The notes beneath the pieces are model-generated. The model worked only from the letters and a program-made list of their open reading frames with translations, was not told the DNA's origin and made no database searches. DNA of 63,591 nt, filler included, from Octopus bimaculoides (taxonomy: Eukaryota), in assembly GCF_001194135.2 (NCBI RefSeq). It is 6 parts of 6 records of this genome, joined end to end, with 100 filler letters (N's around TTAATTAATTAA, not from the genome) between each part and the next. Parts side by side here need not be neighbours in the genome. Positions count along the whole stretch, not along the records: positions 25,117 to 41,001 come from NC_068983.1; positions 41,102 to 49,011 come from NC_068995.1; positions 49,112 to 60,551 come from NC_068987.1; 3 more parts are not named here. The stretch is one strand, 5' to 3'. Both the position numbers and the translations under genes were made by a program. How positions within the stretch are numbered: the stretch's first letter is position 1; each line of letters begins with the position of its first letter. Positions 38,100 through 50,394 of this stretch are shown in pieces.

Positions 38100-39750
38100 C
38101 AAAACTGAGTACGAAGCAAATATATCAGAAGACTACTTTCGATTATAAGAAATACATTACCTGACAAAATCATCCATTAAACCTGCAGAGCAAATAATGG
38201 TGTTAACAGCTCAGTAAATTCTGCTTAGAAGAAAATTTCTATAAAATGACCTGCGACCAAAATAGAATAGATAACAGTAACACAAATATGGGATTGACAC
38301 CATTAACCGGTGACGGCGACGAACAAATAAAAATGATTGACAGATAAAACAGCGCGCAGCATAATTTGAGGAAAACTTCACTCTTTACATCAACAAACCA
38401 CTGATTGAAAGAACGACTATGATACTTTTCGAAAGACAACATACTGACTTGATGCTATTCGTTATCGATAAAGCTACTAAAGAACACCTAGCACAAATTG
38501 AAGCTTTCAACTTTTAGACAGTGAATGTCCTTCTGTATTATGTTGTATTGAAAATATCATTCGTCAATAGATCAGAGTAAAAAGATCAATCAAAATGACA
38601 ACATATAACCAAAGTGGATTAACTTTCTCCAAGAAAAAAAAAAGACCTCCATAGATTCAGAAAAGGCCATGGACAAAACTGAGCGTTGTCGCACAACTAC
38701 CGGATAACGGTTGCAGTAGCGATACCTGTTTCTGAGAAGCAAGAGAGATATGTGGTAAAAACAAAACAAAAAAAGTCTTACAGGCTCAAAACAAACTTGT
38801 ATAACATGAAGAAAAGCTTGGGGCCATGAAGAACAGCTCCTCATTAACAGGGCTGTTCATATGAAAGCGAGGTGGAATCTCTGAAAGCAAGAGTATAAAG
38901 AAGGCGTTCGACTCTGTCCCTTACAATACTGGAATCACTACGCCTTACCACGTTTCCATCTGCAACAGTCAATATCAGTAAAAGATTGTCTAGAATATGG
39001 TTCACACAATTATACTAAGGACTGAAGTAGTATAATTAAACAGAACTAGGCTATTGGTGGGAATATTTCAGAATGATAGTTTGTAATGTTCACATTGGCA
39101 ATGAATCTCTTGTCAGCCCTGTTGGGAGAATACCAAAGTTACATGCTAGAATCTATAGATGAGAAAAAAGTTCATGTCACATACACTTTTGACATATCTA
39201 TTTTCAGATGATATTCACAATACGAAGTTAGAGCTGGTAACAACACTTTCACAGGAAATAGGAATGTAGTTGATACGATGATAAATGTTTATATCTGGTA
39301 ATTAATGGAAGACCAGACCAGACCAGAGAGATATCAACAGTATTTGGACATCAATACCAGGAAGATATTAAACAGCATTTGTGGTTTCCATATCAATGAT
39401 GATAGACAGGGTCTATGTCAGACAAGAGGATAGAGGCAGAAGCACAAGATCAGTGCAACTAGTCTTTGAGTGCTTCGGTGTATCACAGAGACAGCGATTG
39501 CTGCTCAGCAAAAGGAGAAATGAATACATCATTTGGGCACTCAGCTGAAAATAGTATTTTGAACGCTGGCGAAAAACTGAACTGGCATTCTCAGTGTACA
39601 GCTGCTCCTTGCTGTCTCAGGATAGCTGGACTAACCTACGTAAGCAAAAACCTGGGGTGAGACAGTCATCATATCAGCAGAAAGTTATACTTGGGCGCTT
39701 ATTACACAACTTAGAGGACCCCAACAGTATTAATTGGAAAACAATTATTT
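38100..39750 (+). pseudogene. Second decayed R4/Dong-like LINE fragment covering the RT core
   Basis: KAFDSVP (38901), GIFQNDSL (39060), a ..DDI remnant and EIGM. Heavily disrupted. Confidence 0.7.
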
Positions 39751-40574
39751 TTCTAGGTCTGTAATAATATTTCACATTCTAGTGAAGATACGTCAGGATA
39801 GGAAACAGCAGTCAGATGTCTGATGAATATAAGAGAAAGAATGCGATAGAAAATGTTAGTTGGGCTATTCTAGTATAGGCGATATCACCCACATCACAAA
39901 TAACTGTTCAGAAATGTCCAAAAGGAACCACCTAACCAAAAGCCATGATAGTGTAACGAAATCTTGGCTGCCGGCAAAAAGGACTGTCCACTCCACTTGT
40001 TAACACAAAATCACACCAGAACCAGGATATATCTGCGCTTTTAAATTTAAAGAATACTGGTGGAACATTTTAATAAAAACAGCAATCGCGTGTAAATAGC
40101 AGACTTGGTACTGTTTTGTGGGATAAGGAACATAAGTTGCACTCTATTGAAGCGGTCAACTGCTCAGTGGATGCGGATGCTTCGTCTGAAATTATGGGAA
40201 AAGGGTACGTTTAGGATGAAATAATGCGGTATTTACAACTCTTGTTGTATTCAGGCAATAGATTATTATTTGTAACTATTATCGTGGGTGCACCGAGCTA
40301 TGTTACAGTAGATTTACAGAAAAGAACACAGCAGACTGACACACATTCGCTAAATTCAATCAATTAATGGTACATTGAAGATTTGTAAAACTTCCAAAGA
40401 TTTACGATATTAATTTCTTCAAATTAGAATATACACGCAATCACGTACACACATGGCATATACATACATGCAGACAAATGAAAAGTACTTACTCTCGACT
40501 AATAAAGAGACATGTACACGCTTTACATGAGTGAAAGTATAGCAACATATATATGCATACACTGTGCTCTGTCT

Positions 40575-41001
40575 CCTCTCTCTCTTTCTCTCTCGCTTTC
40601 TCACTCGTTCTCCCTCTCACTTTCTCTCTCTCTCTCTTTCTCCATCTCTCTCTTTCCATTTCTCTCTCTCTCTTTCTCTCTATCTCTTTCTCTCTATTTC
40701 TCTCTCTCTCTCACTCTCTCTCTCTCTCTCACTCTCTCTCTCTCTCTTTCTCCATCTCTTTCTCTCTTTATCTCTCTCTGTTTCTCTCTGTTTCTCTCTC
40801 TGTTTCTCTCTCTCTCTTTCCATTTCTCTCTCTCTTTCCATTTCTCTCTCTCTTTCTCTCTCTTCCTTCCTTCCTTCCTTTCTTTCTCTCTCTCTATCTC
40901 TCTCACTTTCTCTCTCTCTCTCACTTTCTCTATCTCTCTCACTTTCTCTCTCTCTCTCACTTTCTCTCTCTCTATCACTTTCTCTCTCTCTCTCTTTCTC
41001 C
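40575..41001. repeat. CT-rich simple repeat / low-complexity tract
   Basis: Read directly. Confidence 0.95.
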
Positions 41002-41340
41002 NNNNNNNNNNNNNNNNNNNNNNNNNNNNNNNNNNNNNNNNNNNNTTAATTAATTAANNNNNNNNNNNNNNNNNNNNNNNNNNNNNNNNNNNNNNNNNNN
41101 NCCTCAGTCGAGTTCCAGATTATCGTTGCAATTTCGGCTGGTTATACTCGAGATTGCTCCAATCTGGCCAGCCCCAAGGAAAAACTAAGTTAAGTGCATT
41201 AGATTCCTTGGAAGAAAGCAGCGAATGTATACGAAAACAAGGACATATAGTTGGAATTTACCAAAAACAAAACAAATGACGAAGATGGGTGTGTAAACAA
41301 CAAACCGATGTATTAGTTTAACGCTCGGGAAGTGAGAAAG

Positions 41341-41378
41341 TCTTTTACGTTTCGAGCCTACGCTCTTCAACAGAAAGG
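41341..41378 (-). ncRNA. Minimal type I hammerhead motif (A6U core change)
   Basis: CCUUU-CUGUUGA-A-GAGC-guag-GCUC-GAAAC-GUA^AAAGA. Confidence 0.7.
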
Positions 41379-41912
41379 AACACAGAAATAAGCACAGAGA
41401 GAGAGAAAAAAAAAGGTTAAGTGGCTAGCGATCAATCTTGCGGAAAGCCGGATAGCGGTGGTTAGACAGGAGAGCTAGGAAGAAGGGGAGATAAAAAAAG
41501 TGGTGGTGAACCAAAAAGAACGAAGGTGCGCGTGCATATGTATGTGAGATCGTGTATGTGCGTATGGATAGGAGCTGGTGACCTTGACGTGTGCGTATGT
41601 GCATGTGTATGTGTGAGGATGATGGTGCGGGTGCTGGGAAATGATCAGTGTGGTAGTGTTGGGGTGTGGGTGAGCCAAGGGTGGTGGAAACAAGGGTGGA
41701 GTATGTGGGAGTGGAATGTGTGGGATGGGATGTATTGGGATGTTGGGATGGGAATGCGTAGGGTGGGGTAACGATGGAGGGGGTGACGATGAAGGGAGAA
41801 GATGGGTAGGAGTAAAGAGAGGAAGTAGGTGTCAGAGCAAGAGAGGAGAGGAGAGATGGGTGGGAGCGAAGGGAGGAAATAGGTGTCAGAGGAAGAGAAG
41901 AGAGAGGAGGGG

Positions 41913-42395
41913 TTAGGTGAAGAGACGAGGATAGTTGAGCCCATGTGGTGCCATGGAGTGAAGAGGAAAGATTAATTTCTGTTCACGGTGAAGACGGGAG
42001 TCCGGATGTCCCCTGTGCAAGGACAATCCGAACACAGACAAGTGTTGCAAAGAATGACCGCTAGAGCAGAAATGGCGCGAGACCGGGGTGTCGTTGCCGA
42101 GTCTAATGTCTCGGAGGTGTTCCGCGAACCGGTCAGCCAAGTGGCGTCTCGTTTGACCGATGTACAAGGAAGAGCAGAAAGAGCAGGAGATGCAGTAAAT
42201 GATGTTATTGGAAGTGCATATAAAAGAGCCGGTGATGTGATAGGGTCGATGATGGGTACCAGTGAGGATGGTGGTGTTGGAGAGGTAAGGGCAAGTGCGA
42301 GAGCGTGGGCGGGAGCAGGAGAACGAGCGGGGCTGGAAGGTTGGGTTAGGGAAGAAACTGTGGACCAGGAGGTCACGTAGGTTGTGGGCTCGTTT
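41913..42395 (-). CDS. GIY-YIG endonuclease of a Neptune-type PLE (161 uninterrupted codons, 5' end lost in a gap)
   Basis: KRAHNLRDLLVHS...FSCSRPRSRTCPYL...ITGSFICTSNNIIYCISCSFCSSLYIGQTRRHLADRFAEHLRDIR...PVSRHF...REQKLIF.L.SMAPHGLN. Confidence 0.85.
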   Translation of the reverse strand, partial: KRAHNLRDLLVHSFFPNPTFQPRSFSCSRPRSRTCPYLSNTTILTGTHHRPYHITGSFICTSNNIIYCISCSFCSSLYIGQTRRHLADRFAEHLRDIRLGNDTPVSRHFCSSGHSLQHLSVFGLSLHRGHPDSRLHREQKLIFPLHSMAPHGLNYPRLFT

Positions 42396-42581
42396 GNNNN
42401 NNNNNNTTCATACTGAACTACTTGGCAGAATTGTTAATTATTAATTCTATTATTAATTGACGATTCTCTGCCCTTATTCTTGTATATATATATATATATA
42501 TATATACGTATGTATGAATGTATGTATGCATGTGCATCTGTGTATGCGTGTGTCAGTTATCGTGATCATCATGATCGCCAC

Positions 42582-42706
42582 AACCGTCATCAACAACGTG
42601 ATCATCATCAATCATCATCATCAATCATCATCATCATCATCATCATCGTCATCATCATCATCGTCATCATCATCATCGTCATCATCGTCATCGTCATCAT
42701 CATCAT
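42582..42706. repeat. (ATC/GTC)n microsatellite
   Basis: Read directly. Confidence 0.95.
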
Positions 42707-43363
42707 GTTTGAGACGTGAACTTCTTAGCCAATCGATCATCGATACGTCAACGTTTGGAGATACGATAGTCTGACATAATAGCAACGATATGCATGTATG
42801 TGTGTATGTATGTATGTATTTATGTATGNNNNNNNNNNNNNNNNNNNNNNNNNNNNNNNNNNNNNNNNNNNNNNNNNNNNNNNNNNNNNNNNNNNNNNNN
42901 NNNNNNNNNNNNNNNNNNNNNNNNNNNNNNNNNNNNNNNNNNNNNNNNNNNNNNNNNNNNNNNNNNNNNNNNNNNNNNNNNNNNNNNNNNNNNNNNNNNN
43001 NNNNNNNNNNNNNNNNNNNNNNNNNNNNNNNNNNNNNNNNNNNNNNNNNNNNNNNNNNNNNNNNNNNNNNNNNNNNNNNNNNNNNNNNNNNNNNNNNNNN
43101 NNNNNNNNNNNNNNNNNNNNNNNNNNNNNNNNNNNNNNNNNNNNNNNNNNNNNNNNNNNNNNNNNNNNNNNNNNNNNNNNNNNNNNNNNNNNNNNNNNNN
43201 NNNNNNNNNNNNNNNNNNNNNNNNNNNNNNNNNNNNNNNNNNNNNNNNNNNNNNNNNNNNNNNNNNNNNNNNNNNNNNNNNNNNNNNNNNNNNNNNATAT
43301 ATATATATATATATATCACAGTATGATAGTATCGACTAGACCATCAGATGCCGTTATACACCG

Positions 43364-43403
<40 letters not shown>

Positions 43404-45719
43404 AACTACATATATACCATACCTACCTATCTACCTATCTACCTACCTACCTACCTACCTACCTACCTACCTACATATATATATATACATATGTATAGTC
43501 ACATTCTCACACGCACATGCACGCACGCGTACACACTCGCATAAATAGATAGAAGTGCTGACTTCCAATATAGAATTGAAGAATATTTGATGAGATTAGT
43601 GTGAATCTTTTACTTCCTTCTTTTTCAACATGAAAAGTCAATTAGATTGTGTGAACAATCTGTATAGAATACCTCCTGGTTTTTACTGTTGTTTCTGTTG
43701 TTGTTGTTGTTGTTGTTGTTGTTGCAGTCATTGTTGTTGTCTCTCCATAATCTACTATTTTTCTCCTGCCACCTTCCTCACCTTCCCCGTCATCCTCCTT
43801 CTAACTTCGTCGTCCAAAACCGAACCAATTCCAAGAAATCACAAGCAATATAATATTTTAACATCTTTGCCATTCTTCATAATATGTTTCCAATACTTTT
43901 AATATTGAAATTCATCAAAAGGTGAATTTCATTTATTTACTTATTTTTTCTAAATTCCAATATATATATACACAGACACAAATATGTATACATACATACG
44001 TATATGAATACATATAAACATATATACATACATATATATATATATATGTATGTATATGTATGTATATACGTAAGTATATGTATGAATACATATTGTACAT
44101 ATACATACATACACACATATATACATATATTTATATATGTATGTATGTATTTATATGTATTATAAACAATTTTTTTTGTTAATGTTTATATGAATGTGAT
44201 ATATAAGTAATGTTTGGAAATGACATAAAATGAAGAAGAATATAGAAATAGAAAGAAAGAAGAAATTTCTATAAAATAATAAAACATGAAAGAATTTCTT
44301 GTAATATAGAGAGAACCATGTTTCTTGTTGTTTGCTAGGTTTATATCTTGCTTACTTGTAACCACCCACCCACATACCTAGAACCGTAACTACGTAACTA
44401 CAATCATACATATATATATATATATATACACATATACATAGTTACGTTTTATATACTCACACGCATACGCTCACGCGTACACGCACACACATATTTATTA
44501 CTTTCTTTTAAATGTTTCCCAGAAAATGTATCATAAGAAGGAAGACATTTCAAGATTCTAGATTGAAATCACTTTTGGAATTAAGTTGAAATATGAGTCA
44601 TTTGATTCCTGATATCTCTTGGTGCAGATTAATAAGGACAGCAGCAAATAAATTCTTTGTTTTCATTTGTCTCTCTTCTGCTTTATCAGAATATCTGCCT
44701 CCATTGAAGAAATGTTTTTATATATATTTTTTCAAAAATATATATTTTTTATACAACTTGAACTTATGACATGATAAAGCTTTGATATGTCTTTCATGTG
44801 TGATGGTTACTGTGTGTGATATCATAAAAAGACGAGAAACTGTAAAAAGAAAAAGATAATTAAAAACTAAAATTTACACAAGTGACAATGTTAACAAAGA
44901 AATATGACAAATAATAAAACAGCAAAAACATTTTGTATTTTCTTGTTTCTTTTTCTTCTTTTCTTTAATCTTTCATTGTTTCCGTTTTTTATTTCTGTCC
45001 GCTATAAATCTTGGAGATAGTGGTGAAAATGTATGTTATATAGAAATATATATCTATAATTAGTACAGTTATGTAGCTGACAAGGTAGCACGGTGCTGGT
45101 CTTATCACCTTTCGATTAAACAGAGTTGAGTTCCAGCCTGGAGTTCTGTAACTGAAATTGGTATCTATACCTTTCTACCCTGTTTACCGCATATGCCATA
45201 TCTATATATTAAAAGTACCGTCACTGTTCCTTTCACCCTAACTAAAAAGCATACTCCGGGTAGGCCAATTCTGCTCTCGCCCACCTGTCGTTCAACACAC
45301 TAGAAGATAGTTCCTCCCTCTCTAAACCTAACCCCTATCTTTTTTTTACCTTCCTCCTCAAGTGGTTTTGCAAAGGGAGAAAAACTACAAACCCTTCAGA
45401 AAAAATATCTGACGAGTGCATTACACAATTTCTTTTACAGCGACAAAGGAGGGGAAGACTAGTCACCCTTCTCAGACAAAGGAATGAGGTGCGTCGATTC
45501 GTACAATTTACTCGGTTGGTAGCCAGATTCGTCCAACACTTGACAACAGTCGCTAATGCAAGTACACAACTCGCTAATGCGAGTACACTGAACACAACAT
45601 GCAGAACGGTCACTGTCTTACATGCATTTCGGTTAGATTCGGTTATTCTTCTGTGCCTGAAGAGCTTGTTTCGAACAGCTAATGGTCCCCTGTAGCTTTC
45701 ACGCTAATGACTTTTGGAA

Positions 45720-46790
45720 GTTGTTTATAGTCCTCGAATAGAAAGTTCTCCAGAAGAGACTGCCCTCGTCAATGCCCAGAGTCATTCCTACAACATCATC
45801 ACTCATAGCCTCGACTAACCTACTCTAGAATACGAGTGTTGTATTCCTGCTGATGGCATTGCCCAGCTGATAGAATTCTGTGCCTGGCAACATTCCAAAT
45901 GCTAAGCACCGAACCTCTACGCTTGACCCATGATTGCTGCTGTAAACATAATCCAGAAGAAGCGGAAAATCACGCTGTCTACTCTGGTCAGATGTGTCTT
46001 TGGTCAAGGTACAACGGTTAGTAGATCCGCTCACCTTTCAAGGACACCTTACTTTCCGGCCATTTCTGTGTGAAATTGACCGCCGTGCTCACAGCCTCTC
46101 CTACTTTATATCCACTACCTGAATATCCAGTCCAAACTTGACTCCTGGCTGATTAATTAGGCCCTCGGTCAAGTGATATAGATCGCCACAGGTTGACAAT
46201 GGACTTGGCTTTCCAGGTACCAAGTTCTTGTCACGGTTACTGCAGACACCAGTAAAATCCGAGCAGTTTTCCGAAGTATTGGATATCATGCCAGTAACGT
46301 CGACTGTGTATGTAGATAAGGATCTCCTGAGACACAATTCGAGCACCAGACAGTCTACATCCTTTGATTTGTCTCAGAGCAAAGCATGCAAGAGATGGTA
46401 GAAAGGGTATCTTTGACGAATCTAATTGTCGATGTTAAACGGCTCCGACAGGTGTCGCTTTCAGCTCTTATTGTTGCTGTTTTGGTGTCTCTTGCTGTTT
46501 CTGTAGTTGTTGTATAATTTCTTTTTCTGATGTTAATGTAGTTTTGTGTTGTAGTTGTGGTTGTTATGATTCTTGTTGTGGTTGTTGTCTTATCGGAGGA
46601 TTCGGCGGCTTGGTCTTGTCTTCGTCAAACATGTTCGGCAGGCTTTGCCAAATTGTTAGTTTCGAAAGATCAGGCAGCTGGAATCACCTGCCTATCCTCA
46701 ATTCTTCACCATCCTTCCACTACCCGCCATTCGGAAGCTTTTGTATCGTCCATAGCTTCTTCCATATTTGTAGACTCACTGAAGAACATT
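45720..46790 (-). pseudogene. Decayed ORF, possibly the ORF1/gag-like region of a LINE
   Basis: Overlapping broken frames (MFFSESTNMEEAMDDTKASEWRVVEG..., KPSPLSTCG...) with a Thr/Gln-rich low-complexity stretch. The family call is a weak impression only. Confidence 0.3.
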
Positions 46791-48260
46791 TAGCTGTTAT
46801 TTTTTCTATTGGTTGAACGTTTACACGAAAGCTGTGATAGTAGTTCACATCATAAATCAGCAATTTAGATTCGAGAGATAAACTGTCTTTATGAGAAGAC
46901 AGTAGAACGGAAATAAAAGAACAGATCGAAAAGGAAAACCATTTTTCATCTTTAAAACAAAGACATCAAAGGAGAAAACCAAACTGGATTCCACAAACAC
47001 TGGTGATTGTGAATAAAGTTGACTAAGTTTGTGGTGCTATGAGGATAGGGAAAATATGAAGTTTCAGTCGAGAAAAGGAATGAGAAGTGTATTAACTGGC
47101 TGTAAAAGAGGTTCCACCAATATCCGACATTCTCTCCCCCTACCTCCCCGCTGTCCCCTATTCTTGTCTCAAAGTTACATAAACTTATGGGAAATTGATT
47201 TAGTTAAACCAAATCTATGTCCCACCCTCCACAAGAGTTCAGAAACTGAATTTTTAGGAATTTCTCATCAAACTAAATCGGAGATCGAAGTTCAATGATT
47301 GATTTATTGATTTGGTTTACTGTAGTTGCTGTTTTTGTTGTTTAGCTCCAGGTCAGCTCTGATTGAATAAACCTATAATCAAAGACGTTCCACGCGTGAC
47401 CTATCTTTTTAAAAATATCGTTTGTCTAGGGCTACATAATCCAGTGGGTCTCACTTTTTTAGGGTGCAAGAATTAAGGAATATTAGCTAATAATTTTAAG
47501 CATGTGCACTTGTTTGATAGCTAGTGCTCTATTGTTGTCGAATCCCCAGATCTGTTCAGATGAAGTAGAATTATCAAACGATGTCCCATCCGTGACCAGC
47601 CCATCTTTTTTATAGCCATCGTGTGCCTAGACCTACTATACAATATATCCTTCCCTAGGTCAGTCATCAACGAACGGACTTACGATCAAAGGCGTTCCGG
47701 ACATAACCAAGCTGCCTTTTTTTTTTCTTTTACATCAGGGACTTCATTGTTCAATGATTTTAATGTTTTTTCTTTTGCTGTTTGAAGATGATAGAATGTC
47801 GTTTAAGGGAAATTTGGTTGCGATTTCTTGCAGATCAAATGACCACATAAGGACTTCCCTTTCATATCTGTAATCCTCCTCATATGAAGCAAGTATATAA
47901 CATTTCCATTTCGTGGTCAACACATCAGGTCACCCTTTGATGGATACCACTGATCTCTGAAAAGGCCAACGGGTTGCTTCTGTTTACCAGACTACGCCAC
48001 AAGATGGAAAAACACGCATACATTGGCTGGAAACCAATTCACTGGCAAATTAATATAAGTAGAAACTTAAACCAAATTACCATTCTCAATCTGACATTCT
48101 TGGTCTTTACCAATCTCATTTGACATTTGCGTGTGTCAGGAATGGTTCCAAGATTAACTGGAAACTACTAGTTTCTTAGAGTCAAGATAGGCTCGGTTAT
48201 CTAAAGAATTGTTCTTGTAGTTTTCTTTAGATTTTAGCATGTTGAATTTCTTGATAACAG

Positions 48261-48262
<2 letters not shown>

Positions 48263-48328
<66 letters not shown>
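48263..48328. repeat. (AAT)n microsatellite
   Basis: Read directly. Confidence 0.98.
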
Positions 48329-48821
48329 GAAAAAGAAGAAGAAATGCTATAAGTATCCATGCTATTCCAGAGGAGTTAAAACTGAAATGCTGGCATTTCT
48401 AATGGAATCGCCAGTTCTTCCATAACTGACAATTGGTTCTGATAGTTGAAGAAATGGCATTTAACCAAAATTATTCCATATTCTTGTTTTTGTTTCTTTT
48501 TTTTTCCTTCATATTTTGTTTATTAGTTTCGTTTTCCCTTCTCCTCTTCAGAAACTTAACTGGCGGAACTGGGAAGAATATGGGAATCCAAACGAGAGAC
48601 GAAGGTTCCAGTTCTGCTACTGCATTATATTAACGACTAAAACATACATATCTCGCTGGCTGAGTTCACCTTTCAGTGAATAGGAATCATGGACATAATG
48701 AACGACTAGACTGGCTAGAGAGGCTTACGTTTACATACATACGAAAACACATACCTATATACATGTATACATATATACATATATGCATACGGGCTGACAT
48801 CTGTGTGCTTGTCTATATATA

Positions 48822-49010
48822 TTCTTTTACTTGTTTCAAACTGCAGCCATGCTGGAGCATCATTTTCTATAGCTTTAGTCGAATGAATAGACCCCAGTAC
48901 TTTTATTAATTTTTTAAAGCTTGGTACTTATTTTATCGGTCTCTTTTGCAAAACCGCTAATTTTACGGGGATGTAAACACACCAACACCGGTTATCAAGT
49001 GATGATAGAA
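48822..49010 (-). mobile_element. SINE family A 3' half
   Basis: Reverse complement of the family A 3' region. Confidence 0.8.
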
Positions 49011-49149
49011 ANNNNNNNNNNNNNNNNNNNNNNNNNNNNNNNNNNNNNNNNNNNNTTAATTAATTAANNNNNNNNNNNNNNNNNNNNNNNNNNNNNNNNN
49101 NNNNNNNNNNNCGTCTGCACTTTTTAACTGTTGGTGTCGTTTGTATTGT

Positions 49150-49712
49150 TTATAGTTTTGCATTTGTTAGGAGTCTCTTGAGTGATATATCTTGTCTTTT
49201 GCATTTTAGTAGTGTGTGTGTATTTAGGATCCTCTTCATTTTCGGGTCTTGAGTGAGCAGAGGGAGTATTTGTGTAATTGTGTTGTATGATTCATTGTTT
49301 CTGGGGTTGTAGATTGATATGTATGGGAGTAATTTAGGGTGAGGTGTGGTGTTATGTTTTGTTGTTAATGTATTTGTTTCCAATTTCTTGGCACGTTTAA
49401 TTCCATGTTCTATAAGTGCAGGTGGGTATTGACGTTCAATGAGTGTTATTTTGAGTTCTTTTAGGCGAAGTTCCCGAGTGGTTGTGTCAGATACAATTGT
49501 ACAGATCCTTTTTGCTAGATTGAATGGGATATTTATTCTGGTGTGTTTAGGATGGCATGAACTGAAAAGGCGATACTGTTTTGAGTCTGTTGGTCTGTAG
49601 TAAATGTCGGTTGCAATGTGGTTGTTGGACTTTTTTAAAATCAAGATGTCCAGAAATGGGAGCTGTTCTTTGCTATATTCCATTGTAAATTTGATGTGGT
49701 TAATATAAAACC
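49150..49712 (-). pseudogene. PLE reverse transcriptase C-terminal part (RT6-7, thumb, linker)
   Basis: IKFTMEYSKEQLPFLDILI...TDIYYRPTDSKQYRLFSSCHPKHTRINIPFNLAKRICTIVSD...RLKELK..L.ERQYP..LI...LPYISIYNP. Confidence 0.9.
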
Positions 49713-49714
49713 CT

Positions 49715-50140
49715 AACATTGTCCATACTAGAAAATAACTCCTTTTACGAAAAGATTGCAAATTATAAACAGTAAAAAAACTTTAAAACATCTTGCAACT
49801 TTAATACTCAAACATAGAAAAGGCCTGACAGAAAACGAAAAAGACTACATCACAAACTTCAAATGTAAACCAAGCCTTTTCTATGGCCTCCCACAAATCC
49901 ACAAGAGTCAAATAATTACTAATGCTTGCAAATGAAATCCAGGTCTATACATAAACATCCCAACGCCAAAAGACTTAAAATTAAGGCCTATGAGAAACTC
50001 TGGATTTCAAATCCACATTGAACAATATTAACCCCAACATCCAATTTACAATGGAATATAGCAAGGAACAGCTCCCATTTCTGGTCATTTTGATTTTTAA
50101 AAAGCCCCACAACCAAATTGCAACCGACATTTACTACAAT
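49715..50140 (+). pseudogene. Oppositely oriented PLE RT fragment with an internal deletion
   Basis: ...KPSLFYGLPQIHKS...LKLRP (RT1-2), then a frame jump to FKSTLNNINPNIQFTMEYSKEQLPFL...TDIYY (RT6-7). Confidence 0.85.
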
Positions 50141-50253
50141 CTTACTTTTTACATTTTTAAAATTCTTCTGTGATACACGATCTCTTTTGATCGTTTTCTT
50201 TTTTTTTTTCCCGATTCCTTTTGATCTTATTTTCCCCATTTTTTCATTTTCGA

Positions 50254-50316
50254 AAAGAAAAGCTCTACATTTGTATTTGTCTCCTCTGTGTTCAGCCCTG
50301 TGTGGCCAATAGAGAG

Positions 50317-50393
<77 letters not shown>
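50254..50393 (+). mobile_element. Non-LTR retroelement 3' tail ending in (ATCT)n
   Basis: Matches 31727-31831. Confidence 0.6.

Positions 50394-50394
<1 letters not shown>

Larger units (their letters stand above)
41102..42396 (-). mobile_element. 3' end of a Neptune-type Penelope-like element: GIY-YIG ORF, 3' region and hammerhead-bearing terminal repeat
   Basis: ORF at 41913-42395; pyrimidine-rich 3' region on the minus strand; hammerhead-like motif at 41341-41378. Cut by gaps at both ends. Confidence 0.85.

Noticed and set aside
41972-42380. ORFs 41988-42380 (+) and 41972-42376 (-)
   Set aside because: Shadow frames of the real GIY-YIG ORF in GC-richer sequence.
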